Below, in pieces: positions 32,501-40,760 of a stretch of 64,000 nucleotides of DNA (its first letter is position 1; each line of letters starts with the position of its first letter). The position numbers and the translations under genes are program-made. Below the pieces are notes generated by a model. That model searched no databases. It was not told where the DNA came from and saw nothing but the letters and a program-made list of their open reading frames with translations. This DNA comes from a virus. The stretch lies in the IMG/VR virus record IMGVR_UViG_3300042546_000155. One strand, given 5' to 3'.

Positions 32501-32607
32501 GCATAACCAGGCTTGAATAGAATGCGATAAAAATCTTTATTGAAATCATAATCATCATAGTAAGGACTTACATTGAAGTTAGTTGTCAATACAGTATTGG
32601 CTGCCAT
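26512..32607 (-). CDS. Large baseplate/virion structural protein, VrlC/DUF4815-like
   Basis: NFNVSPYYDDYD..K.FYRILFKPGYAVQARELTQLQTILQ.Q; APGADR; RFTMRDIG.L..RIENLEYYT; RFKNGIFVD; PRVADIRCIAL. Confidence 0.88.
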   Translation of the reverse strand: MAANTVLTTNFNVSPYYDDYDFNKDFYRILFKPGYAVQARELTQLQTILQEQVTRFGRHMFREGSIVLPGGFSVQTSEGFASGGSAVDYVKIKDLNTLNNTVNVNNFKNVVLTGATTGIQAIVIDVLDGVQTSTNTKTLYVRYTRASTNSALKVFQPNEVLNSSVGTAVALASSPTGFGSRFQIEEGVIFAKNHFIKFPKQSIIIERYNRNPSKIVGMLLSEEIVSSEEDTSLLDPALESSNYAAPGADRFSISPTLYTYNLTDQIDQQDFISLVRIENGIVTERNDRPEYNIIADEMAKRTFDESGNYLVGGMAVQIREHDNTGSNFGRYDNGNNQLLAVSVSAGTAYVKGYEINYETTQELVTRKGLDVASDTHIITTTMGSYVVVNEVIGMWEQNKGAVIYLYDTAQNSITDKKLATSAAAGTLVGYAKVLSLEYVDGREGYDAQYNLYLTDVQYVSGYGPGNVQSFYMPATGAKADIVGSSFVLQAQDSYLLYDTGSLSTKSVRDKDDPTTSATSFSFLKTEGIDNTVAIDTTGLLSITIPSGIETLPYGTTTLASADKREIKLVLKANTNLSLPGTVTGTVGATRLLGDLSTNFLTLNVGDKVRFSGNSLTYTVTTASANNRDLIVSPGIPALAGNTVTKVYLVGDIIDLTTKGANTGTVRSVTTTPSSLTIDLKETFSSTVAAAVTFPVARVTAREMSKVLRTNRYVKINASTLPNLTGPINLGFSDIYRIKSIRKGSGSYPTSNTGGTDVTSSFIFNNGQTDNMYDHGYIRPRSAMEATDRLLIELDYFDHTATGTGGYFSVDSYPIQDNDALFNAETNIRTENVPRYRTATGKLIDLRNVLDFRPVKNNIATAAVLPSAATENPGIAYISTYPKAAWATFKFVSQGIKIPMPSNPLTFDVQNYLGRIDLVTLDKTGSLSVVGGVPSLTPITPKFDPDKLTLSVLKIPPYPSLSPAYGNRLGRSDLSCASKASAINRFTMRDIGILQDRIENLEYYTTLNALEKAATTVTVRDEAGLDRFKNGIFVDSLKDDTLSINGKSSQWCLDPVEQSYRPIYTSESFMFDLIRSSGVVARDRMVILNYSEMQFLNQNVATSERNLERASYLFLGQLKLTPDRDIWTDTTFLADEVLTTPEFVTQQNLGGTYTKISTTWNDWYVTNRTYTVRNPAGGGIVYQGTDYSTARRTADQYNTNSSVNIAIDIDWNRTGTEYGRNNQTSFIVQNATVRDVEIVPYIRPQVIYCEASNLKPNARIWVYFDNIPVSNTCRPLTASQYNTALTTYRFGSSGPVNPGEALSQAVDANGVFISSINITDNLVTASLPAALGNLPAEGTPIFVGLDGKCFFSYRIQQGQFRTGERKMIIGDSRVIISESGVSLDDPSESITTGASATFTAAGQKMIKQRTVIKIPTVQNVTKPVDEQRRTFDSETVPRDPPPPPPFPWWLFMGSCSAYSFLAKTPNNEEGMFLTSATIFVGRKSTSTSRGIWFEVREIDSGGGITRNQVPGSEKHFENIEIPISTNGIDNGLTITFNHPLFLFNDTQYAFVVHSDAADPDTYIWTAKLGEVDVNTGARRTSRPYTGTYYTTNNNMNWDMEPDVDMTIRLRRAEFVRNSLGTATLGNKPIDKLRLVSMSKEFTPALGDMFHIPDRLVLDSTTNIVPGDIIKKLSGATVVAQGTVASVSGKVVTLTGFTNFSTGTVNVFNSANTAKFTRVLENIQVAFGTLTSVYTLPGESGTIAEFSSASGGFVVGQVIRSISDSTFYATINELLNFDYSTATYDPDVIKFNGTSVSYQIESTSKSDFTRNTKAMTPGEQLNYLNERTVLSISNERLRGVNRSMNVHISMTTTSNVISPIINIDGTNAVATDNIISSDYTNETSPDGGNMLNKYISKTVTLADDQDAEDLRIYLSAFRPRGTDIKVWVKFKHREDSTSFEDRPWIELEKLTGEFNFSTISETSRNDWKEYQYKIPGANMTGTGGAIAYTSSTGAIFEGYKQFSIKIGLLLDPGVTDTAIVPRVADIRCIALQM

Positions 32608-32622
32608 TTTGTTCTTTTCCTT

Positions 32623-33945
32623 TTAGAAACTTAATACGATCTTGAAGTTCTCGGTCTGGTTCGGATCTCGTTGAACTGGTTCTATATTATCTATGTATAA
32701 TAGTTTACCTGAATTGGTTTCCAGTTCAGGCTGTTGTGTTACGGTGATTAGCTGACGAACAGCGGCTGATGAATAGCCTATCAATCTATCGTTTGTAGGT
32801 AGACCTTCAATACCGTATAGTCTAAGAGTATTAAAGCCATCCCAATCTGATACGATACCTCTGAATGATGAGGCTGTGAAAGACAACCCCTGATAGACAA
32901 ACTCGTCCTTTTCATAGTTTACAGAAACACCAGAAACAGAAACGGTTGTTACTTGTGAGAATGTAGTATTCGTAAACGGAGTAGTTGATAGTCTTTTTGT
33001 TGGATCGGCAATAATAGCAACTTGTCTAAAGTCGTTAGCAACTGTTAGCTTGTTATTTTCAGATGCAGCGAGTTTAACAGAAATGATAAGATAAGAACCG
33101 CCTAGTTCTGTTACTGGGTCTGATCCGTGTCCACCTGGTGGAGGAATAACTGCTCTAGCAAATGCGCCCTGACCACCGCCGCCACTGATTACTACGCTTG
33201 CTCTGCTGTATCCGTATCCAGGATCATCGATAACGATTTCTGAAATATTATTAGCAGTTGTATTTCTAACAGCAAAAGCATTAGCATTGAAGCCGTCACC
33301 AATAATACGAACATTGATATTAGATGAGGTATAATTAGCACCTCGGGTAACAACTCTAATGTTACTAATAGTTCCTTCGATGGTATTAGTCTGCACTGAC
33401 CACTGTGTAGAGCCGTCGGCAATTGTTAGAGTCTTAACTGGAATAAAGTTTGCGGTAGTGAACTGTGTCTGTTCTTCTGCACTAATAGAATACATATACT
33501 TCCAAACATACTTGTCGGAAGTAGTGAATGGTAGAGAAGTAGGAGTGCCAGCAGGCTTTACGGTAGAAATACCACCATAGTTGTTAGACAAACATTTATA
33601 GACATGAAAATCGTCTGTCACAACATAGAATTTATTGTTAGCGGCAGTTAGAGCCGATGAATCCCAAAAGTCTTCATACTGATTCCAGATTTCATTTGGA
33701 GTCCAGTTATATCTAGGAATACAATGTCTGATATCATTACCAGTGACTTTCTTACCACCAAGCATGTTCTTATAGATATCAACAATACTTGAAACGGAAG
33801 TGGTTGGAACAGGTGGATTAGTATCAGATGGCCATGGAGATGTTTTGCCAATTGTCATGTATAAATTGGTAACATTCTGAGCCACAGATGTTTTGAACAT
33901 CTTGGCATTATGAATTTCAAGGTCTTTTGAATGTGAAGATGGCAT
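32623..33945 (-). CDS. gp8: Baseplate wedge subunit
   Basis: FYVVTDDFHVYKCLSN...DKYVWKYMY...PPGGHGSDPVTELG...NDFRQV...ENFKIVLSF. Confidence 0.88.
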   Translation of the reverse strand: MPSSHSKDLEIHNAKMFKTSVAQNVTNLYMTIGKTSPWPSDTNPPVPTTSVSSIVDIYKNMLGGKKVTGNDIRHCIPRYNWTPNEIWNQYEDFWDSSALTAANNKFYVVTDDFHVYKCLSNNYGGISTVKPAGTPTSLPFTTSDKYVWKYMYSISAEEQTQFTTANFIPVKTLTIADGSTQWSVQTNTIEGTISNIRVVTRGANYTSSNINVRIIGDGFNANAFAVRNTTANNISEIVIDDPGYGYSRASVVISGGGGQGAFARAVIPPPGGHGSDPVTELGGSYLIISVKLAASENNKLTVANDFRQVAIIADPTKRLSTTPFTNTTFSQVTTVSVSGVSVNYEKDEFVYQGLSFTASSFRGIVSDWDGFNTLRLYGIEGLPTNDRLIGYSSAAVRQLITVTQQPELETNSGKLLYIDNIEPVQRDPNQTENFKIVLSF

Positions 33946-33972
33946 TACTATTCTCTTATTAATTTAATTGTA

Positions 33973-34224
33973 TTATTTAGCATCATTTGTCGGAGGGTCC
34001 CATTCCTCATCTTTTACTATCTCTAGCATTTCTTCATGAGTATAAGGACCATCGGTATTCTTTAGTTTAGATACGAAGTCTGGTTGATCGCCAATCCATT
34101 TGATAAATGTCTTTTTGAGGTCTTTAGTGTATCTTAGATGTTCAACAGATGTTTCCAGAATTTGCTCGAAATCAACTTTCTTTAATTCTGAAACAGGTAG
34201 TATCAGATAGTTTCTATCTTCCAT
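33973..34224 (-). CDS. Hypothetical protein (83 aa)
   Basis: Coupled to the gp7 stop; VDFEQILETS..LR...GPYTHEEMLEI..EW. Confidence 0.7.
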   Translation of the reverse strand: MEDRNYLILPVSELKKVDFEQILETSVEHLRYTKDLKKTFIKWIGDQPDFVSKLKNTDGPYTHEEMLEIVKDEEWDPPTNDAK

Positions 34225-37172
34225 TATACACCAAATCTTTCTCTATCAGTATTGAAGTTTCGTTTAACTTCGGCTGCCGATAGCACACGGTTATAAACTC
34301 TCATGATTGAAATTCTACCGATTAGATAGCTCCAACGATAAATGTCGTTATATGCACCAGATGCACCGACAGATACACCACTATTATTTGTAGCAATAGT
34401 TCCTGCCAGTGCTGACGAAGCAACTAGAGTATTATTGACATATAGTCTTTGTGCGCCTGAGGTATATGTTAGCGCAATGTGTGTCCATCTATTGCTTCTA
34501 ATATAGTCTTCTGCATTAAAGCCTGGACGAACAGCCGCATAGCCAGGAGGTGGCACTCTAGTTGCTGTTAGTGAGGCCGCCTGTTGCCATACACCATTAA
34601 TCTTAGCATTGAATACTAGATCACCCAATAGATTAAATTCTAGTGAGTATTGACTTCCGTTGGCACCCTTCTGGAAAATTACAGCATTCTGGAATGTAGA
34701 AGGAACATTGATCCAAGTTTCTAGTGTCAAATTCTGTAGATCAAGAGTTGTGCTATTTGGGAATCTAATAACATCATTTAAGCCGTCAAAGCGAATAAGA
34801 CCATTAGTTACAGAAACACCATTGAGCATTTCACCTTCATAACTTGTATTAATGAGGTTAGCAATTCTACCTGCTGTAGTTGTTCCAGTATTAGCAGCCG
34901 ACATATGGAATATTAGACCAGTCTTTACTAGGTCTGGGTAATGGCTGCTACTGAATACTTGTGCGCCGTTTATATTTGTTGCTTCAATATCTTCCTTTTC
35001 ATACTGACCAAACATCTTCATGCCGGCAGGATGTGTTAGCGACTTAAGTGTGTTTCTATACTTTGATAGAGGCTTGTCAGTTCTAACGACATAAGAGAAG
35101 TTCTGATAATAATCTCTATTCTGTAGGTAATTCTGGGCGCTGATAAAGCCATCGTCATTAATATAACGACCTGGGTATGAATAGATACCTGTAACAACCG
35201 AAGTATTAACGACAGCGACATTACCTGTATGACCTGTTGTTAGGTCAAGAATAGGTGGAACAGTGTAACCAGTTCCTGGGTTAACAATAGTAAATCTTCT
35301 GATGATACCAATATCTTCTGTTGTGAATGTAAATGAACCACCACGGCCCAGTGTGGTCATTGGCTGAACATTAGCGCCGGTTCCTGTTGCTGACTTAATT
35401 ACACAATAAGGCATCATTGTATAATCGTATCCCTCACCACCAATATAGTGACCAGAAATTTGAACCCATGCAACATTCATAATAGCGCCAGCAGCATTGA
35501 CTACGCTTACTCTGGCAGCCGCACCTGATCCGAAACTATTTGCTTCGTTTCTATTGTGGAACTCGATAACATCATTGACCTGATAATTTAGACCAGGATT
35601 GAGTATCTTTAGTTTGCCGATGATGCCCATTTCTTGGACGATTGTATTTGCTTGAATGGTAAATGTAGGTGTACCGAAATAACTCTCACCAGGTTCGACA
35701 ACGAAACAAAATTTAGCTGCACCGGTATTTGAATATGACCAGTAACCAACGGCATCTGCAATAACAGTTTCGCCTACTGTAGAAGCACCATCAACAGTCA
35801 AACCACCGTTAGCGACCTCTGTAGCAAAGCCATACATGTCGCATCTAACATTAGCAACATCTGAAATTCTAGTGTTACAAATATTATATTGATTGGGATG
35901 ATAAATGTTTTCCCAAACGCTTTCTACTTCACCTAGAGCACCGATACCACCACCGCCAGATACAGTAATAAAATCGCCTCCTCTAGCTTCTGGACCGTCT
36001 TCTATACGACCACGATAGCCTGCACCACCATTATCTGGCAATGAACCTTCAATAAAGATTCTTTCAATACCACCGGCAGATACTCTTGAAATTCTTACTA
36101 GACCGCCAGTACCAGAACCATTTACTGGAATAATTGGAACAGTAGTACCTTCAACATAACCAGTACCACCATTAACAATATCAATATCGACAATCTGACC
36201 GCCGAAGATACGAGCAGTAGCATATTTTACTTGTCCGTCTTCTTCGAATAGTGCATAGATTGATTCGTCAGATAGAAATGGCTTATTAGAGTTTGAAATT
36301 CTTAGTTCGGTAACAAGTGTATTGTTATCATAGAATACATTAACTGCCTCGACTAGTGCAGTTGCTTTAGAAGTCAAGCCTTTAACTTCTTTATTCTGAA
36401 AATATGAATAGACCATAGAGTTGGCAACATTGTTAATAGCGCCGTTCTGGACTCTTAATGCTCTTTCAACATACCACTTACCGTCTGACGCTCTAAGAAC
36501 ATCTTGCTTAGGATAATAAACCTCGGCAGTTGTATTATATAAGGCTCTCATCAAGAAACGAATAGACTTTTCCGAGCCTCTTGATCTATAGAAATCCTTG
36601 GCGTGTTTCAGCACAAGGTTCTTATCAGCCAACATATTCTTGGGAAGTAGCTTGATATAATTGTTATAGAGTGTTTGAAGGATCTGATCATTATCACGAG
36701 CGTTATCGACATCCATATAACGACCGAAATTCTTCATAATGTTTGTTAGATCGGCACCGGGTGCATTAGCAACAGTTTTGTAAACGAAAAATCTTTCACC
36801 AACCAAACGCACTGGGTAACTATTACCTGTGATATTGAAGGTGTTGCTGCCTGGTACGACATTAGCTGCATAAGCACCAACATCTGTATTGGCTATTCTA
36901 ATCTTGGTACCGTTAGCGATAGCAACATTTGATCTACCAACAGGAAGACTTACAACCACAGTGTTCGTATAATCTACGCCATATGGTGTTGTCGCACCAA
37001 TTACGGTACTGATTGTCAGATTAGAAGTGACTGGCTTGATATAACTTGGAGTTTCTAGAAATCTATAATAGCTTCTAACAAACTCCAAGAAGATTTCGTG
37101 TTCTTCTCTGACGAACCCCGGAACCTGTTGATCAATTAATACTGATGTTCTGTTATTTGAAATAAATGGCAT
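34224..37172 (-). CDS. gp7: Baseplate wedge initiator with C-terminal LamG/ConA-like lectin domain
   Basis: QVPGFVREE..FLEFVRSYY; KDFYRSRGSEKS; LQNRDYYQNFSYVV...HPAGMKMFG; C-terminal FDG.ND...TLETW...WTHIA..Y...RLYVN...VYNRVLS..EV..NF. Confidence 0.82.
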   Translation of the reverse strand: MPFISNNRTSVLIDQQVPGFVREEHEIFLEFVRSYYRFLETPSYIKPVTSNLTISTVIGATTPYGVDYTNTVVVSLPVGRSNVAIANGTKIRIANTDVGAYAANVVPGSNTFNITGNSYPVRLVGERFFVYKTVANAPGADLTNIMKNFGRYMDVDNARDNDQILQTLYNNYIKLLPKNMLADKNLVLKHAKDFYRSRGSEKSIRFLMRALYNTTAEVYYPKQDVLRASDGKWYVERALRVQNGAINNVANSMVYSYFQNKEVKGLTSKATALVEAVNVFYDNNTLVTELRISNSNKPFLSDESIYALFEEDGQVKYATARIFGGQIVDIDIVNGGTGYVEGTTVPIIPVNGSGTGGLVRISRVSAGGIERIFIEGSLPDNGGAGYRGRIEDGPEARGGDFITVSGGGGIGALGEVESVWENIYHPNQYNICNTRISDVANVRCDMYGFATEVANGGLTVDGASTVGETVIADAVGYWSYSNTGAAKFCFVVEPGESYFGTPTFTIQANTIVQEMGIIGKLKILNPGLNYQVNDVIEFHNRNEANSFGSGAAARVSVVNAAGAIMNVAWVQISGHYIGGEGYDYTMMPYCVIKSATGTGANVQPMTTLGRGGSFTFTTEDIGIIRRFTIVNPGTGYTVPPILDLTTGHTGNVAVVNTSVVTGIYSYPGRYINDDGFISAQNYLQNRDYYQNFSYVVRTDKPLSKYRNTLKSLTHPAGMKMFGQYEKEDIEATNINGAQVFSSSHYPDLVKTGLIFHMSAANTGTTTAGRIANLINTSYEGEMLNGVSVTNGLIRFDGLNDVIRFPNSTTLDLQNLTLETWINVPSTFQNAVIFQKGANGSQYSLEFNLLGDLVFNAKINGVWQQAASLTATRVPPPGYAAVRPGFNAEDYIRSNRWTHIALTYTSGAQRLYVNNTLVASSALAGTIATNNSGVSVGASGAYNDIYRWSYLIGRISIMRVYNRVLSAAEVKRNFNTDRERFGV

Positions 37173-39253
37173 TATGTCTCTGCAATAACGTCGAATTGAA
37201 TACTCTGTGGATTATCCACATCGATAGCTAGGATTCTATTTCTAGATGGCTTGATAATTTCCTGTGCAGGTACCGCACTGAAAGATACAACATCTGTATC
37301 ATAGAATGAATTGTTGGCAACATCTACTGGTCTAATATAATTTAGCACAACCTGGCCACGGTCATAATAGATCGTTCCTGCGTTGTTATCTACAATTACC
37401 TGATCACCAGTTGATGTGGTGTAATATGTGCGAACTGTTCCTAGATTAGTCTCTAGAACTGGAACTGCCGCAGCACCTTCACCAAGACCTGTAATCTGCA
37501 CCTGCGCTCTAGTATAGTTGCGACCCTTGTTGGTTACATTGATCTTGATAACCTTTTCATCTACCACAACAGCGGTAGCAGTAGCACCAACACCGTCACC
37601 GGTGATTGTGACTTTAGGAAGTTCTGTATAGCCGTCACCACCATTAATCATAGTGACAGAATTGATACCAGAGTTAGCACCTGGATCTTCTTCAAAATAA
37701 ACATTTCTCTGATTTAGAGCGGTATCGATTACTTTGATCCATGGATATGAATTGAAACGATTGTATGCATCGCTTTTCATTAGAGGCATGTTATAGTTGA
37801 TGATGTATCTTCTCAACTCATCAACGATCATATCAACTCTTTTCTGGACATAAACATCGATATCTGAACCTGTAATGGCAGGATCTGATCCTTCAATATA
37901 CTGCTGCAACTTAGACTTACGGAAAGTTGACTTAAAGGTATTCAACTCATCGTTATTATACTTAAGAATAGCAGCCCTTACGATTTCTCTAATCTCATTA
38001 GCTGTTTTTGATGTTCTGTTAGGATCGTATGTTACTCTACCAGTCAATACAACGAATACATAATCTGGATCGACAATCTCTGGTGTAACAGTGACAACAT
38101 TCTTATTTCTAACATAGTCACGCTTGATTATTTCTTTGTCCTGATCAGATAGCTTGTAATAGCCTTTGGTCTTAAATGACATAAAGACTTTGCCATATTG
38201 AATAGGAACATTATCTTCACCGCCCCAAACAGAAACGGCGTCGATATTTGGATAATTCTTAACAAGAGTTGATTCATAATCGGTTGTTGTAACAGCACGA
38301 TTTTGTGCAGTATAGAAATTAGGCGCACGAATACGAATTGTTTCGATATCTTCCTTATCCACCGCACCTCTTGATGCCTGTCTAGTGGTAACTCTAACAT
38401 CTTCACGATAATAACCACCAACTGGCTGAACGAACTTAAAGCCACCGATATTATTAGCGGCTGCTCCTGTTGTATCGAGATAGGTGATTTGAACAATGTT
38501 GCCGTTCTTAGGCTTATAACCTAGAACACCATCGCCAAAGTAAACAGTCCAATTAAGATTTTCGTTTTCTTCTACGAAATATACGAATGAGTCTGGTGAT
38601 AGTTCTGTCAAGTCATTTGCTAGTGAATATTCTTCACTGTATGAATTACTTGATGACTCGAATACTAGAACAGTAAGGGTTGATGTATCGACATTAGCAG
38701 AAGGCAATTCAAATCTTCTGTATGGATTAGATGCATCTACCTTAAACTGCTGAGTAATTGCCTCGCCTTGCTTAATAACGACATTAGAAAAGGTGAATGC
38801 GGAGGCAAACTTTGAAACAGTATTTGAGTTAACTGTTACGAAAGGATAATTAATACCATTAACATCTGTGCCTAGAAGTCTAGTATATTTCTCTAGTGTG
38901 ATTGTAGGAATAGTTGTTATTTCATTTCTGGTTGGCTTAACATAAACATCGATAACTGCCTGTGAACCACGAGCGGAAGCAGGCACATATCCAATAGCCT
39001 TAGAATGTGATAGAATGTTCTGACGGATCTGTGCAGTATCTAGAAAAGACTCATTGGCAAGCATGTTCATATAGAAAGCATTGTAATAAGTGTTATAGGC
39101 AAGCATGTCTAATAGAACAGCAAGACCAGAACCTTCGAAGTCATAATCTTGAAAGGTATCTTGTGAACGAAGATATTCCTTAAGATTCTCTCTAATCGAT
39201 GTAAAGTCTAATTCTGTGACTCTTAGTGCTGCGTTTGAATTTGCGGATGCCAT
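37172..39253 (-). CDS. gp6: Baseplate wedge subunit
   Basis: ELDFTSIRENLKEYL...DYDFEGSGL..LLD.LAYNT...AQNRAVT..DY...VWGGEDN.P.QYGKVF. Confidence 0.95.
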   Translation of the reverse strand: MASANSNAALRVTELDFTSIRENLKEYLRSQDTFQDYDFEGSGLAVLLDMLAYNTYYNAFYMNMLANESFLDTAQIRQNILSHSKAIGYVPASARGSQAVIDVYVKPTRNEITTIPTITLEKYTRLLGTDVNGINYPFVTVNSNTVSKFASAFTFSNVVIKQGEAITQQFKVDASNPYRRFELPSANVDTSTLTVLVFESSSNSYSEEYSLANDLTELSPDSFVYFVEENENLNWTVYFGDGVLGYKPKNGNIVQITYLDTTGAAANNIGGFKFVQPVGGYYREDVRVTTRQASRGAVDKEDIETIRIRAPNFYTAQNRAVTTTDYESTLVKNYPNIDAVSVWGGEDNVPIQYGKVFMSFKTKGYYKLSDQDKEIIKRDYVRNKNVVTVTPEIVDPDYVFVVLTGRVTYDPNRTSKTANEIREIVRAAILKYNNDELNTFKSTFRKSKLQQYIEGSDPAITGSDIDVYVQKRVDMIVDELRRYIINYNMPLMKSDAYNRFNSYPWIKVIDTALNQRNVYFEEDPGANSGINSVTMINGGDGYTELPKVTITGDGVGATATAVVVDEKVIKINVTNKGRNYTRAQVQITGLGEGAAAVPVLETNLGTVRTYYTTSTGDQVIVDNNAGTIYYDRGQVVLNYIRPVDVANNSFYDTDVVSFSAVPAQEIIKPSRNRILAIDVDNPQSIQFDVIAET

Positions 39254-39258
39254 AGCTA

Positions 39259-39672
39259 TTATCTAATCCTTTCTAGGAATACCGTCGTGACAACTGGCTC
39301 ATTTCTATTTAGAATAACAAATTCAATGGTTATATCAAAACCATTTCTGTCTATATCTTCGCTGGCTCTAATATCTTGAACCTCAATTCTAGGCTCAAAT
39401 TCATTTAATACACGGCGTATTTCATCTTGAAGGACGAGTAGAGTTGTCGGTGTGAAGTTCTCAAATAGCAATGCTCTGATATTGGAACCAATACCAGATT
39501 TAAAAGGTCTCTCATAGTAGTTAGTGAATACTAGATTGCGAACTGATCTAATAACAGCATCCCTACCGTGTTTAAGAATAAGCTGATTCGTCTTTGGATG
39601 TTTCATGAAATCCAAATCTATATCGCAATAGTCTGGTACTCTTGAAATATACGGTACGCTTTGATCTGCCAT
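39259..39672 (-). CDS. gp25: Baseplate wedge / sheath initiator
   Basis: DIDLDF..HP...AVIRSVRNL..T..YERPF...GS.IRALLFE...EPRI...FLERIR. Confidence 0.93.
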   Translation of the reverse strand: MADQSVPYISRVPDYCDIDLDFMKHPKTNQLILKHGRDAVIRSVRNLVFTNYYERPFKSGIGSNIRALLFENFTPTTLLVLQDEIRRVLNEFEPRIEVQDIRASEDIDRNGFDITIEFVILNRNEPVVTTVFLERIR

Positions 39673-39695
39673 TTATAGAACCCTATTTGTTATAT

Positions 39696-40760
39696 TTAGG
39701 CTAGTTTACTGAGCCATTCTTCCGAAGATGCTTCTGCAATTGGTTGATTTGCCATACCAGAATTAATAGAAGGAAGACCAGCAGCAGAAATCATTTCAGC
39801 AAAATTAAAGTCTAGTTGCGTTGCTTGTCCGCCTGCAAGATTAACTGTGCCACCATCAACATGTGTCGTTGTATCACCTTTAACATGAACTGTGGTACCA
39901 GAAACATGTGTAGTGGCGCCTTCAAGCGCAGCAGATGATCCACCTTTGAATTTAGCGGTATTCTGTGCTTCTACCTTAACATTTTCTTGGGCTTCTGTTT
40001 GAATATCCTTATCTGCTTGCGTATGAAGACTGCCGCCAGAAGCGACAAGAGAAACTTTTTGTTCGCCATCGGTTACCTTCATGTCTAGTTTGCCGTCTTT
40101 ATTCTCGATATGTGTAGCGCCTTTGTTATTATAGACTGTCAATTGACCGTCTTCGCCAGGCATGTGAAGATTAGTGCCACCTCCACCACCAACATGAACT
40201 TGGTCACCATGAGAAATAAACGATGCTGCGCCTTTAGCAACATGAGCAATAGCACCATGTGCCATCATACCAGAAGAACCTTCTAGTTTCTTTGTTTCAT
40301 TCTTGGCTTGTGTATCGATATTACCACGAACCATTCTGTTTAGGTTCTTGGCTGTGAAATTATAATCACCCATGACAGTTAGATTATAATTCTTGTGACA
40401 GGTAACATTGTAGTCACCAAATACTCTAAGCGATGCATCACCTTTCACGGTAATATCTTGTGCGCCCGATACTGTAATACGATCTTCACCAAAGATAACT
40501 TCATACTTACCATTGTGTGTAGTGAAATGCACAGAACCATCTGGCCGCATTTGAATAGCAGAACCAGAACGATGCTGAATAGTTACCGACTCATGATCTT
40601 TAGAGTCGTCCATGATGATATTATGTCCTGAGCGAGACTTGTAAGACCAATAATTAGGATATTTACCAGCGCCTTCTTCTTCACGGACATCTTTAGGCAC
40701 TTTATATTTCTTGGGCGTAGTCTTGCGCTCTGAGTTAGGATTAAACTTTTTTGTTGCCAT
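39696..40760 (-). CDS. gp5 C-terminal half (central spike beta-helix), standalone
   Basis: YP..WSYKSRSGHNIIMDDS...IQHRSGSAIQMRPDG then V.GD/V.G beta-helix repeats; gp5 position upstream of gp25. Confidence 0.75.
   Translation of the reverse strand: MATKKFNPNSERKTTPKKYKVPKDVREEEGAGKYPNYWSYKSRSGHNIIMDDSKDHESVTIQHRSGSAIQMRPDGSVHFTTHNGKYEVIFGEDRITVSGAQDITVKGDASLRVFGDYNVTCHKNYNLTVMGDYNFTAKNLNRMVRGNIDTQAKNETKKLEGSSGMMAHGAIAHVAKGAASFISHGDQVHVGGGGGTNLHMPGEDGQLTVYNNKGATHIENKDGKLDMKVTDGEQKVSLVASGGSLHTQADKDIQTEAQENVKVEAQNTAKFKGGSSAALEGATTHVSGTTVHVKGDTTTHVDGGTVNLAGGQATQLDFNFAEMISAAGLPSINSGMANQPIAEASSEEWLSKLA

Noticed and set aside
37206-37220. Palindrome TGTGGA-TTA-TCCACA containing a DnaA box (possible origin)
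   Set aside because: A single site inside gp6 coding sequence, with no box cluster or AT-rich unwinding element.
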